Source: Eledone cirrhosa (taxonomy: Eukaryota). Taken from it: a DNA stretch of 64,000 bases. The DNA lies in assembly GCA_964016885.1 (NCBI GenBank), contig OZ024743.1:2480001-2544000 (forward strand). Reading direction: 5' to 3'. Below the pieces are notes generated by a model that was given only the letters and a program-made list of their open reading frames with translations, did not search any database and was not told the origin of the DNA. The translations under genes and the position numbers were made by a program. This document shows, one piece after another, positions 43,701-58,700 of the stretch; the stretch's first letter is position 1, and every line of letters starts with the position of its first letter.

Positions 43701-46700
43701 TGGAAACGATCAAGTCATTAATAGGTTGGTAAACTAAGTTATATTACCTTCTCTTTAGGAATGATTTATGTACATCTTCTACCTTTAGCATTTCCATTAC
43801 TCAATATATACTTTGGTATTTTCGCAATAAAAAATTTATCTCACATAATATCAAACATAATATCTCACATAATATCAAATCTATGAGATTTTGGTATTAT
43901 TTATTTTGAGAACAATACCTTAACATCAGTATGGGTGGCCAGTTTGGGCAGAAAGAGGTGAGAGAATTCTGGCCAGATATGGCCGGTTTAAATGCTAAAG
44001 AAATCCAGAATTACCAATAGTATTTAATTTTTCAATTGTATAAGCTACATTTATTAATTACTGCCAGAATTAACTCTTAACTAGCAGAAAATATCTTTAA
44101 AAACAGGTTTGTTAATTAACGTTTATAGTATCTTTAGTAATGGACAGTACTGTGAAAATATTTAGTATTAAAGACTCCATTTTTCGATATGAGGCAGTCA
44201 TATTGCTGCTCTTAGGTGTCTAAGAATGTTTTGTTGATGCAATTTGTGTAGTACAAAATGTTAGAAGTTATAAAGTTGCATTGTTTAAAAGTAATGAAGT
44301 AATGTTGCTCAATAAGGTGCATAGCTCAGAGATCTGGGAGTACTCCAGGTAGAGCTGCGAATCAAGAAATCACAACTCCAGCATAATGAACATGTGATTA
44401 AAATGCCTAAGGAATGAAATGCTAGATAGATTTCATGAGTAAACCCAACTGGCAGGAGACCCAGAAGCAGACCACAAATAAGATGACTGGTCTTGTATGT
44501 GTTTATTTTAATTATTGTATTATATAATGATATATATGGTATGTATAATTATATTGTATACTATAAAGTGGTAGTGCTGGTGTCATGATAAAATGCATCC
44601 AGTTAACACTGAAGTGGTTGGCATTAGGAAGAGCATCCTGCCATTAGAAACTATACCAGAATGATTTGTCTAACCTGAAACCCATGCAAGCATGGAGAAT
44701 AGATAAAATGGTGTTGATGATGATGATGAATTATATTGTATATATGAATTATATTGTGTATATAATTATATTATATTTAAATTGTTCCTTTGAAGGTTGC
44801 TTTGATCTTGATCCCAATAGAGTACTTGATATACTGCTGGAATCGTTTGAGTGCCGTCCTGAAAATGAGCAGTTTTATATTGCATTGTTTAAACTGTATA
44901 TGAGTGAACAGAAGACCTTGTGTCATGTACTTGGGTTCAAATTTCATTTTTATCAGGTAAACAATTCAGTCCTTTTCTTGTGTGCATGAATATTAATTTT
45001 TAACATAGGCACAGGGCCTCAAAGTTTAGGGGAATGTCTAGACAGTTACATTATGTGCACTATATTACTGCTATTTTCTTTATTGTTCCCCAAAAAGACG
45101 AAAGGGAAAGTTGAAACTGACAGTATTTGAACTCATTGTGTAACCATTTTTAGAGCATAAAAATAATTCTAGTACACATTGTAAAGTGGTTGGCATTAGG
45201 AAGGATATCCAGCCATAGAAACCAAACCAGAAACAATGTATAAACAAGATGATGCCACCTAACCAGTATGTCCGAACCTGACAACTTGACAACCTCTCTC
45301 ATGTTGGTGATCTACATGATAAACACACCCAGTACACTCTATAAAGAGGTTGGTGATAGGAAGACCATCCAGCCATAGAAAACTGTCCAAATAAAGGGTT
45401 TGGAGGACTATTCAGCTGTGTTAAAGACATGACAGTCTTTCTAGTACTGGTCTCACAATCAAATACATCCAGTAAATTCTGTAGAGTGCGGGAATGTATG
45501 TAAGCAAGATGCAACCCCCAGCCCATCTGAGAGGTCAGTAGCTCTAATTAAGTACTGACTTGGTTTGTGATGACGCATTCAACACTAACTAGCTGGGAAA
45601 ATGGGTGTTAAATGATGATGTTATTGTTGATTAGCCCTTAATTTATATATATATCTATTTCTTTTCTAGTCTGCTGCTGAAGATAGTCCAGATTCTTTAT
45701 ATAAAATTGCAGCTCTTTTATTAAAACATAACTTGATAGAACTGGATGACTTGTATCCACATGTAAGTATATACATTTATAAACTGCTAAACATTGGATT
45801 AAATGCCTCACTCTTTGTTCCTTCTCACTGCACTCTAGTATATAAATTTATAAACTGTTAGATTTTACTTTGGTTAGTTTCCCGGCAGTGACTTGGAAGA
45901 GCTGTTAGAACATCGGATTAAATGTCTTAGTGTTGATAAGTAAAGCACCAGTCCAGTAATGAGGTTGATTCTTCCTTTAATCACTTTCTTACCTTTCTGG
46001 AGAAGGATGGGCTCTACCAGGTTTTAAAATGCCCTTGACATGCTGTGTAACCCTACGGTAACCCTACAAATCTGGCAGGAATTAAGGGCTCTTTCTTTTC
46101 CTATTTTATCTTCTTTACTCAATTTACATTGGTCAAAAAATTTATTTAATGAATTAATTTGCCTTTGCAAAACATTTGGAGTATTTTCTTTCCAAAAATG
46201 TACACTAAACAATGAATTATTATTAGTCTTATTGATTCAAAATTGAATTACCAATATCTTCGTTAGTATGATTATAGATATGGAGGCACATGGCTTAGTG
46301 GTTAGAGCATTGGCCTTGCAATCGAAAGGTTGTGAGTTCAATTCTCAGACCGGGTGATGTGTTGTTTCCTTGAGCAAGACACTTTATTTCACATTGCTCC
46401 AGTTTACTCAGCTGTAGAAATGAGATGATAGGGACTGGGGTCCATATCATTCCACTGCAAAGTGGTCGTGGAGGTGCCACGGCAAAAAAGCACCCAGCAC
46501 TCACTGTAAATGAGGTTGGTGTTAGGAAGGGCATCCAGCTGTAGAAATCAAGCCAGAGTCAGTTCCCGTCCCACCCTTGCAAGCAGGGAAAAGCGGACGT
46601 AAAATGATGATGATGATGATGATATCTTGATAATGTTCATATAATTAAAGATATCTTGGTAATGTTAATATAATCTACAAAAAAAAATGGAACATGAGAC

Positions 46701-49700
46701 AAAATCTATTTTGCCTGAAATTGCCCCTGGTTTTATGAAGGAAAGCCATGTTTTAATGCAGTCAGGGGAAAACTGCATCCTATTTGGCTTTCTGAATGCC
46801 ATGTTTAATTAAAAATGACCATGAATATTTTTAATGGTGAGACCTACCTTATGATGAGCCATATCTTATGGGGCCCACTGCATTTAAAAGGTTGCTCATG
46901 CCTATTTTGAAGTGTTCAAATTTAAATTCAAACCTTACATCTTAATTTTTGTTAGAACTTTTTCTTAAGTTATGTTCAAAACACTAACTTAATAATGAGA
47001 AGGTTAGTTATTTTACTAAATCACTCAAATTTTTGATTATTTAATACATTTATTGAAAATTGTAGACACTTTATTTCATTAGAAATATGGTAATGAAAGG
47101 GTTAAGGCAGTTTGTTTCATTAGGAATATAATAACAAAAGAGTTAAACTGTTTTATTCAAACTCTAAAGTTGAGCCAATAATGAACTTTTTTTCTGTCAT
47201 TGCTTTTATAGTTGTGTCCTGTTGATACTAGCATTATTGAATATCACCAACGTATTTTGCTGGAAGCTAAACAGCTGGCTCGGAAGCTTAGTATAGTTTG
47301 TGTGTCAGACAAAGCCAACGAGAGGGACAAGGAAAATGATAATGATGCTAAAATCAATTTAGTAAGTAAACAATTTGGAGCATTTGTTAAACGTTTTTTC
47401 ATTGGCTGAGTTGTTAGTGTCGAACAAGTACCTAGCAGTATTTGTTCTGGCTCTTTAAGCTCTTGAGTTCAAATGAGGTCAACTTTGCCTTTCATCCTTC
47501 CGAGGTTGATAAAATAAAGTACCCGTCCAAAACTGGGGTTGATTTAATCAACTTTGCCCTCCTCCACAAATTTTCTGGCCTTGTGCTAAAATGAGAAAGT
47601 ATTATAATTAACATTAGAATTATTAGAAGTTAATTTCTTGTTTTTATTTTCCTTATTTCTTTTTAGCAAGACAGCAATCAGAAACTTGGCTTGTGTAAAG
47701 CTTTGCTGGGAGTTGGAGACTGGCCACATGCTAAAGCTATTATGGATAGACTTCCAGACTATTTTGCCACATCTCATAAACCTACAGCTCAAGCAATGTG
47801 TGCTTTAATCCATTCTCTAATTGAACCTATATATAGAGAGTAAGTTGCATTTTAATCTTACATCAGTTCATATTTAATAAGTCCTCAATTTGTTAGGATC
47901 ATTATCTTCATCATCAGTTTACATTTGCTTTTCCCATGTTGGCATCATTGGACGGCTTGTCACAGTTTGAATCAGTTCTGCTTCTAAGTCACTGCTATCC
48001 TAAATGAGTTAGGTTCCATATTTCACTTATATGTTACATTTTTAGCATTGTTTCTACAGCTGGATGCACTTTCTATCACCAACCACTTTACAAAGTGTTC
48101 TAGGTACATTATCTTGGCACCAGCACTAAAGAGGTTGTCTTACTTTCAGAAAGACTAAAGTCTTTTCTACTGTACATTTTCTCCCTTCATTTGTTCACCA
48201 GCACTAGAGATGTTTTGTCTTCGTCAAAACTAAAAGAGTCCCGTCTTCCCGACACTGATTCTCGTTCCATTCTGTTCCACACAATCTGATGAGTTACATA
48301 TCTTATAAATAAATTAAACCAACCGTATATACTTGAATATAAGCTGGACTACCCCTCCCCCCCCCCCTATTTTATGTCTGAGGAATAGGTGGAAATCCAA
48401 ACCCCATTTATATAAACTGAGGTAGCTAATCAACACATTGTTTAAATGGCATATATAAGCCAACCTCCCATTTTACCATCAAATTTTTTATTTTTTTTAT
48501 TTTTTGGTCACATATTCCTCCACTTGTATTTGATATAAATTTAATACATGTGAAATGAAATGTAGATTTCTTTGCAATTTAAGGTGACATATAAATATGA
48601 CAAAATTCATTATTCCAACTATTAATGATGTGTTCGATAATGAGAAAGTTAATTATATTACAAATTCTTTCATTATTTTCAAAAATATATGAAAGTCGTC
48701 AGCAGTATCTTTCATTAGAAATATTGTAATGAAAAAGTTATTGGAATTTCAGCACTCAATTATGTAGTTCTCTCAAATTTGATATATATTTTTTATCATT
48801 TTTTCTTCTTAGAAACACTGGTTTTCCTGCAGCAGTTTTGAAAAGAAAATCAAAAGACAAACTCACAAATTTAGAAAAAGCTGGTTCTTTCCTCAAACTC
48901 TATGAAGATGTTTTTCCAATGTTGACCTATCTTGGGCCACATGCTTCATATGATGTCATTCTGTTGGTGAAATTTATTCGAATTGGCAAAAGTTTTATGA
49001 TCAAAGTATGAATTTTTTTTTTTTTGTAATGATGTATTGTGTTTACTAATTAATAGCAGTGTAATCAAACTAATTTAGCCAAAACATTTAACATTTACTT
49101 TATAATGATGAGTTGTCAGTAGTGGACTGATTGGCAGAGTTGTTAGTAACAAATTAAATGCCTTGGTATTTGATCTGGCTCTCTGCACTCTGAGTTCAAA
49201 TCCCACTGAGGTCAACTTTTACTTTTCAGCTTTTGAGTGGTGGGGTCAATTAATATAATACTAGTCATGGGGATTTGCAGAATTGTTAAAGAGTCAGGCA
49301 TGATTCTTTGTGGAATCTGATCCAGCTCTGTGTGTTCTGAGTTCAAATCCAGGCGCTGGTTCATATTATCAGCAATGGCAATATAGTTTTCTTCATCTGA
49401 TCTGGCAATTGGCTCCATTCCTTTATCTTCATGGTGAAATACTATTTTAATATCGCTACATACACATCATTTCTGAAGCCTCAGTGGATAGTACAAATTA
49501 AAGAATAATTTTACTTATCTTTCTTTCAAAGTGCAATGCTTTATCTACAGATAGTCTGTTCAGTCATTATCTTGTTTTACCTATTTCTCAGGTAAGTGGA
49601 TTAGCAGAATCATTAGAGCATTGGACAAAATACTTTGTGGGATTTGTGCACTTTTTACAGTCAGTTCAAATCTCACCAAAATCAACTTTACCTTTCACCC

Positions 49701-52700
49701 TTATTTTGAAGGTTTTGGGGGAAAGTTAGTAGTATTTAAGATTTATATTCAATGTATGAGATACAGACAAAAGTTAAAATGAAATGGCAGAGAGGGTGTC
49801 TTAAACAGCGAAACACAGAATTTAAAGTTTTATGTATTATATATTTATATAAAAATTATATATGAAACTTGTGTTTTCAGCGTCAAGAAAGAAAAATTAA
49901 AGCTGAAGATGATGTGACATTCTATGGGCTCCTCACTATATTAGATGAGGTACTATTACCTAGCTTGACACTACTTCCTTCTAATTGTTGCCTCTCAGAA
50001 GAACTTTGGAGTTTTCTTAAGTTATTCCCCTATGAACTGAGGTAAGTTTTCCGATCACTATTTTTATTTTTTAGATTGGATTTCAGAATTTAAAAACACT
50101 AATTAATTTTCCCATTTCTATAATAGTTAATAATATTCTATGCAGCATAATCAATATTGACTTATGCATTTATAAATGAAATTTATTTTTTTAAGAATTG
50201 GGCTATAATGGGATTAAAAATCATTTTTTCCCCTCTTTACTAGAAAATTATCAGATATTTGTGCATATTAGCCCCTTCAATACTGATTTTAAAAATATAA
50301 TAATCATTTTTAATTGAAAATTTTTAGCTTTGATCAAATAAAACTAGCAATATGTATTTTTATGTGCACTTTTTGGTTTTTGAAACTCTGCAGTGACACA
50401 GATAGATGTTCCAACTGTATTATAAATTGGGACAACTTTATGGGTAGATAGATAGACAGACTGGTAAACAGATAGATGTACCAACTGTATCAGCTGTAAC
50501 TTTATCCTAGTATTTTCCCCATTGTTCAATATGATTAGCAATAAAAATAAGACATGTCTTATACAGGTAGAATAGATAGACAGACATGTAGATAAACTGA
50601 AAGGTAGATGTTCCAACACGATTAAAAAAATTGGGACAACTCTATCCCAGTACAATCCACATTCTTCGATATGGTTAGCAATAAAAATGAAATAGATATA
50701 CAAGTAGGTAGATAGATACTGGGAGCATTGTTTCTATGGCTAGATGCCCTTCCTAATGCTAATCACTTTATAGCATGTACTGGGAACATTTTATCATGCC
50801 TCTGGTACTACCACCTTACTGTGTGGATTGAGTGCTTTTCTTCATGGCACAAGCACTACCACTTTGCAGAATAGGTTGGGTGCATTTTTATTGTGGCACC
50901 ATCACTTGGGAGGTGGTGTCATACTACTGTGGGAGAGGAAATGTTGGAGAGAGTGAGGTTGTTTATATTTATTGAAAAATCTTCCACCACCATTTTATGT
51001 AGGAAGCTTTATGTTCCAAACACTTACTTAATAATTATTTCAATGGGCCAGTTTTATCACAACATGAATCTCCCTGAGAATTACGTTAATGATACACGTT
51101 TTCTGTAGAATGCTCAGCCACTTACTTGTTAATTTCATAAGCAAGCTGTTATGTCTAAACCAGTGGAGGTCCATTCCCCTTATTGTTGCACAGTAGATTA
51201 AACTCCAGTTAATTAAAATGTTTTTGTTCTTTATTAATTCTTTATTGAAATGTCTTTAATCTCAGATACCGTCTGTATGGACACTGGAAAAATGAAACCT
51301 ACACTTTACATGCAAAAATGATACATGCCAAGGTTAGCTGTTTAGAAAGAGCCAAGTATATCATGAAGTAAGCAGAATTTTATTGTTTTGTCAAGTAATC
51401 TATTCTTTTGGTTGATAATATTCTGAATACATCAACTTGTTTAGATGTCTCTTAACCCTGTAGCATTTACATTACTCTATATTTATTGTTGTGTTTTCAT
51501 GTTAAAGGCTTTATCTCACATAATATTGAATCAACGAGATTTTGATTTTATTCATTTTGAGAACAATACCTTAAGATTGGTATGAGCAGCCAATTAAGGC
51601 TGGTTTGAATAGAAAGAGGTGAGAGAATTCTGGCCGGATATGGCCGCTTTAAATGCTAAAGGGTTAAACATACTAGACCTAGCTGGCAAGTAAAAAATAT
51701 TTATGTATGTTAGATTAAAGTAGGGTGTTTCAATGCAGGCCTTTTGACTATGGAGAATAGTTAAACAAGTCAGGCATACAAGCCCCCAGAGACAGGATTT
51801 GTGTGTGACTCAAATTCATACTTCCTGAATACCGGATGGCTGCAGTACCATTACACCAAAGCGAACTTGACCACTGACCTGTCATTTTCAAGCTTCCTCC
51901 ATATATTTTAAATTGTTTTAGCAAATGTGTTGAATTGATTGAAGAAATGATGTAAGTGATTGCTTATTGGAGTCATCTTTATCATCATCTAACATCTACT
52001 TTTCCTGGTGAAACAAATTGGACAATTTTACTTATTTATATTCTTGTTAACAGCCTGTTTTTCTCCTTCATTCTTCTTATATAGACGACTCTCTAAAGAA
52101 AATGTCAAACCATCTGGAAGACAGTTAGGTAAACTCAGTCATAGCAATCCTGGAGTTCTCTTTGAATATGTAAGTACTTTGTTCTTTGGCATTCTCCTCC
52201 TCCTTATATCAAACAGGATAGTAAATTGGTAGAGCATCAGATAAAATGCCACTGTGGTATTTATTCCGGCTCTTTATATTTTGATTTCAAATCCTGCCTT
52301 TCATCCTTCCAGAGTCATCATCATCATCATCATCATCACCGTTTTACGTCCGTTCTTCCACGCTAGCATGGGTTAGACGGGTTGTCCTGTTGTGTGCAGT
52401 GTCTGGTCGGCTGACCATGCCTTGCTCATACAGGAACTGATCTGGCTTGATTTCTACAGCTGGATGCCCTTCCTAACACCAACCTCATTTACAGTGAGTG
52501 CTGGGTGCTTTTTCGTGGCGCCTACACGTCCACTTTACAGTGTGGGCTGGGTGCTTTTTTGCCGTGGCACCTCCACGACCACCTTGCGGTGTGGGGGCAT
52601 ATTGTTTATATGCTTCAGCATGTACCCATGGGAGGTCGGGTACCCTGTATTACTGCGTGACGCCAGAAGTCACGGTCGTGTGTCATTGACTTTGAGAGGT

Positions 52701-55700
52701 GTAGTTGGGTAAGGTCGGCTTTTATCACCTCATCCCAAGTCAATAAAATAAAGTACCTGTAAAGTACCGGGGTGAACTTAGTTGACTTTTCCTCCCTCCC
52801 AAAATTGCTGGCCTTGTGCCTAAATTAGAAACAATTATTATATTGAATGGCAGGAAATTGATCAAGTTGATAGAGCGTCGGACAAAATGCTTTTCTGCAT
52901 TTCCTCCAGCTCTTTGTCCTGAGTTCATTCTTCCGGGTTTGATAGGGGATATGAAATCCTGAAATAATTGGAAATATGATGTGTCAAGTCTAGCTTATTC
53001 TATGCCACTATGGAAAAATAGACATAGATTTCTTTATTTTATTTATAATAATAGACAGTATATTTTGCTTACATATGTTTCCATACTCAAGAGTGTACTG
53101 GATACATTTTATTATGGCATCAACTCGAGGGAGGTTGTCATATCTTTGACACAACTGGAGGATCTTCTCAACCCTTAGTTTGGCAACTTTTCTATGGTTG
53201 GATGCCATTCCTATCACCAACCACTTTACAAAGTGAACTGTGTGCATTCTATCATGTCACCAACATTGGGGAGGTCATGTTTTTGATACACCTGAAGAAT
53301 TCTCTCAACATTTTACTTCATATTTGTAGCAAATAAAACTTTATTTTGATAAATTTTTTTCCTATTCCTAAATTTAAAAATGTATATACAAACAAATGAA
53401 TGTCATTCTTTATGTATTTTTTGTCTTCTATTTTTGTGCAGGTTCTTTCACAAATTCAGAAATATGACAACTTTATTGTGCCAGTTGTGGATTCACTGAA
53501 ATATTTAACATCATTGTCTTATGATGTCTTAGCTTGTATCCTTGTGTATTTTGATATTTAAACAGCTTGAAATTTAATCATGTCTACATCATCATCATTT
53601 AACATCTGTTTTCCCTGCTAGAAAGAGTTAGACAGATCTTCTAATAGAGCTACTGACCTCTCAGAAGGGCTGAGGGCCTGCATTTCACTCACATACATTG
53701 CCACACTCATCATGCTCAGGCAATATATGTATATATATCATCATCATCACTGTTTAGCATCCATTTTTCCATGCTAGTATGGGTTAGATAAGTTGTCCTA
53801 TTGTGAGACAAGCCAGGTCAGATGACCATGTTGTGCTCATACAGAACTAATTTGGGCTTGGTTTCTATGGCTGGATGACCTAGAATGTGGTTGGTGTTTA
53901 GGAAGGGCATCCAACCCTAGAAACCAAGCCAGAAACAGTTCTGTATGAGCAAGATACAGTCATCTGATCTAACTTGTCAAACTCATGCTAACATGGAAAA
54001 TGGATGTTAAACAATGATGATGATGACTGGTTTGTGTAATTACAGTAGAAGGAAGACGCAGTAGAGGTAGACTTCGAAACACATGGGCGGAGGTGGTGAG
54101 AGCAGACCTCAGATCGCTGAAACTCGCGGAGATGACGAAGGACCGTGACAAGTGGAAAGATGCTGTGCTGAATAGGACCCATCCCACCCTTGCAAGCAGG
54201 GAAAAGCGGATGTAAAATGATGATGATGATGAAACAGCATGTCATAAGATTGGTATTTTCATATTAATGTATCAGATGACAAAGAAATGTCACAGATTTG
54301 TCCAAGCTGTGCTATTATGGGAAACAGTTGTAAAATGATGAATATATTTTTGAAATACAAAAATTTAATGCTATAATAAACTTCTGTCTCTACAAGGATA
54401 TTTCTTTATGACATTTTTACTTTTCAATCACATGTGTGACATTTGCTGGAAAGTAGGGTATAGCTCTACTGTGAAAAGACCAAATTGCTCCTGTAGGAGT
54501 CTGCTTAGCATTTTACAGGGTTTCACCTTCCTCCTCATTTAATGTCTATTTCCCCTGCAAGTAAGGCTTTATATCATGGCACATACTTCAAATCCTTGAG
54601 ATGTGTGCCATGATATAGTGATTGAGAAGTATTTGTAATGGCTATTTTTAACATTTTATTGGTGTTTTTAAATCTTTTAACCAACATATACTATATAAGT
54701 GTGTAGAATTTTACAGAAAATGTAAACTTATTGCACAAAATTTGATGTAAAATTACACAAGCAGGGGTCAACTGCACTAAATCAAATTTACAACTACAAA
54801 AGCAGGGGTCAACTGCACTATATAGATTTAAAACTTCACAAGTAGGGCTCAACTGCACAAGATTAAATTTATTTCTACACATGCAGGAGTTAATTACACA
54901 AAATTAAATTTAGAATTACACACACACACAAGGCTCAACTGCACAAAATTAAATTTAGAACAACATAAGCAGGAGTCAATAACAGTTCATTAAAATAGTC
55001 TCTGACCCTTTTCCTCTCCAAGGTCAACAAACTAATATATTGAGGTTGATTCAATCAACTGTATCTCTTCCTTGGAAAGATTTGCTTTGTGCCTAATTAA
55101 AAGCAATCACTAATTAGATTGTATCATTTTATATTAATACTCAATATCACTTAATGTTTAATGATGATGGTGGTGTTTTTTTTTTTTAACTGAACCTTTG
55201 TATTCTGAAGATTTCTTTGATTCACTGTTAACCTTAACGCTCCCAAGATTCTGTTGTTGAAGCTGTTGCTAATCCTGACCGCGAAAGACTCAAACATGAT
55301 GACACAAATATTTCTCTTTGGTTACAAAGTAATTTTTTTTTAATCATAATTATTACATTCTTATAACTATTTAAAATTATACATTAAAAATCTTTTTTTT
55401 CCTTAACATTTAGATCATGTGAAAGTTGTCATTTCCCTCAAATGAGTTCTTGCTTTCAATTCTCAGTTGAAGACTTAGTATTCTAATAAGCTCAGCAAAG
55501 GCAGGAACTCTGCAACTTCCAATTTCTCTTTTTCCTTTTCATGGCTATATTTCAATTAATTAATGAAGAATTTTGAGAGATTTACAAAAGTTATTATTTC
55601 ATTACGAAGATAGTAACTTAACATATCCTATATAAAATTATGTTGGAGGGTTTCAATTTAAATAAAAATCCTTTAAAATGGGTGGTTTTCTTTCATAGAA

Positions 55701-58700
55701 CCAGAGCTGGTTTTGGCCAGGTTAGTATCAATAGGATTAATATAAGGCTTTTGTGATTACCTCTCCCCCAAAAAGAAAACTTTTTTTTTTACATATGTGA
55801 AGTTTACACTCTGTTGAATTCACTTATGTTACATTAGAGATATGATAATTCAAACTGTAATAACTTGAAAAGAAATTTAGAAAAGTCTGACAGCTTTGGT
55901 ACACAACATTGAAACTTGGTACTGTTTTGATTAAAAAAAAAAACCTTCTAGTAGTCAGACTGTTTTCAGGAGAATGGTGATAAATTTTCATACTAAGATT
56001 AGTACTTAATACACTTAATCCTTTAACAACCAATCTATTCAAGACCACTGCTATTAAAGTGTTCAAATTTAAATTCAAATCTTGGACTGAAATCTTATTA
56101 CCTGGGAGATAATATTACAAATCAGTTGTTAAATATTCGTCTTTTATTCAGAGTTGTTAGAGCGTATGACAAATGCATAGCAGTATTTGTTCCAGCTCTG
56201 TACATTCTAAGTTCAAATCCTGTGAAAGTCACTCTCATAATTGCAGTAGAACTATGTTGATGATCAGGTCCCACATGGTAGGATGAATATTTTAAAACCA
56301 AGAAATGAATGAAAAATATAAAGTTAAGTTTTTGTGTTATTTTAAATTGACTCCTCCAAGATGCTATTGTTTTAGTTTCAACACACAGGGTTTCAGATCA
56401 AATCACCTGTCAGACAAGAAGTCTTAGGTTCTTCCGCGCCTTTCGGTGCATCGAGCAGTAAGTAGTCGCCAACGGTCACAATCAGCGGCGGCTTTTTTGC
56501 GTCCGTGCGAAGTGATGTTGGCTGCCATCAGGTCTTTATGGAACATTCGTTGCCAGGTGATCCTGGGGCAACCCTGCTTCCATTTGCCACCAGGTGGAGT
56601 CCAGTTCATCACTGTTTTCGAGTGTCGTTCGTTGGACAGGTATAGCCATGACTAAAATGACACTTTCGTGATGTAATGTTTGGAAATTATTTATAACAAA
56701 AAAGTAAATATAGTAATATTTTGTTAGATTTCTTTTGTAATTGTAGTTTATCTTTTTTTTTTTTTTTTGTCAGGTTTAGCAAGTTTTGCTGGCTCTGTAT
56801 GTAGAAAATACCCTGTGGAATTGGCAGGTCTGATGCAATATGTTGCTAATCAGCTGAAAGCAGGTAAAAGGTATGTCTCAACAAGAATCGATTCTATAAT
56901 AATTATCTGGAGTGGTGGTATGGCTGTGTGGTTAAGAAGTTTATTTGCAACCACACGATGTTGAGTTCTCTCGCTCCTGCATGGCACTTTGGCCAAGTGT
57001 GTTCATTAGCTTCGGGCCAACCGGTGCCTTGTTAGTGAGAGACAGAAACTTATTGAAGCTCATTATGTGTATATGTGTATAAGGGCGGTGGATTGGCAGT
57101 AGCGGTAGAGGTTCAGACGCCATTTTTTTGACGCATAGAGTTACGGCCCTTGCCATTCTGAGTTCAAATCCTGCCGAAGTTAACTTTGCCTTTCATCCTT
57201 ACGGGGTCGATAAAATAAAGTACCAGTAATACACTGGATAATTGCTGGCCTTGTGCCAAAAGTAGAAACAATTATATGTATATGTGTCAGCCAGTACCTG
57301 TAAAATGACATATCAGTGCCATTTATATCCCTCATAAATACTGCGTACTGTAGTTTGACAGGTTGGTGTCAAGAAGGGTGCATATTATATCCCCGACATT
57401 AGAGAGGTTTTCATGCTCCTTGACATTACTGCTCTCAACCTACAGAGTGTACTGGCAGCATTATATTGTGTCACCAACCTAGAGGTGTTTCTTGATACGT
57501 TTTTTTAACATAATTATAATTATCAATGTAATTTATTACATCATCATATCCATTTTATATATTGATTCATGTTTTATTTTTCTCTGTGTTCTCTATTTTT
57601 GTAGTTTTGATCTCCTATTGTTGCGAGAAATTGTTCAGAAAATGGCTGGCATTGAAATATCTGAAGAAATTACAGATGATCAACTTGAGGCTATGTCTGG
57701 AGGAGAGCTGCTTCGTCAAGAGGTAGTGTAATCTATAGAACATATCAAGGTTAAGATTCTTCATCACTATTTCACATCTGTTTTTCGTGCTAACATGGAA
57801 AAGCAGACGTAAAATCGATGATGATGATGTTAGCATGGGTTAGACGGGTTGTGATGTTCTGTGACTAGGCAGGTCAGATGACCACATCTTGTTCATACGC
57901 AACAGTTTGGCATGGTTCCTATGATTGGATGTTCTTTCTTATGTCAACCACTTTCAGAATATACTGTATGCATTTTATTACGACACCAGCACTTACCACT
58001 TTACAGTGTGTATTGAGCGCATTTTAGCATGCTGACGCCTTGATCAAATTTGTGCAGTACACTCTGTAAAGAGGTGGTACTGGTGTCTTGATAAAATGCA
58101 TTTAGTATATTCTATGAAGTGGTAGTGCTGATGTAAAATGTATCCAGTACACTCTGTAAGGTGATTGGCATTAGGAAGGACATTCAACTTTGGAGCTGGA
58201 GCAGAAAAGCAAGATGAGGTCCATGACAACCCATCTAACCTATATTAGTGTGGAAAGCAGACATAAAATGGTGATGTATGTGTATGATGAGTTTCTTGTG
58301 AAAGTGCATTACCTTTTTAATTTTTTATACCTAATTATAGTTGGATTTTTCTACCAAAATCTATAAAAGAATTTGCTTAAAATGCTTTCCTATATTTACT
58401 TTCACGCCTTTTAAAAATTTTTTTTTTAGGGTGGTTATTTTGCTCAAGTTCGAAATACTAAGAAATCTTCAACCCGATTAAAAGATGCTCTACTAGAACA
58501 TGACCTTGCATTATCCCTTTGCCTGCTTATGGCCCAACAACGAGATGGTGTTATATACAAAGAAGGCAACGAACGCCATTTAAAACTGACTGGGAAACTT
58601 TATGATCAGGTATTTTATCAGCTCAGTATATATATATATGTATATATATATTTTTTTTCACTGCTTCTTTTCATGTATTTTTCGTTCCTATTATCATCAT

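Larger units (their letters stand above)
53536..55247 (+). other. THOC2: U12-type (minor spliceosome) GT-AG intron of THOC2
   Basis: 5' site GTATCCTT; branch site ACCTTAAC at 55231-55238, about 10 nt before AG, with no long polypyrimidine tract; splicing rebuilds DVLAY-SVVEA. Confidence 0.88.

Noticed and set aside
46282-46355. tRNA gene candidates at SINE heads
   Set aside because: A/B boxes present but no complete cloverleaf, and each continues into a SINE body.
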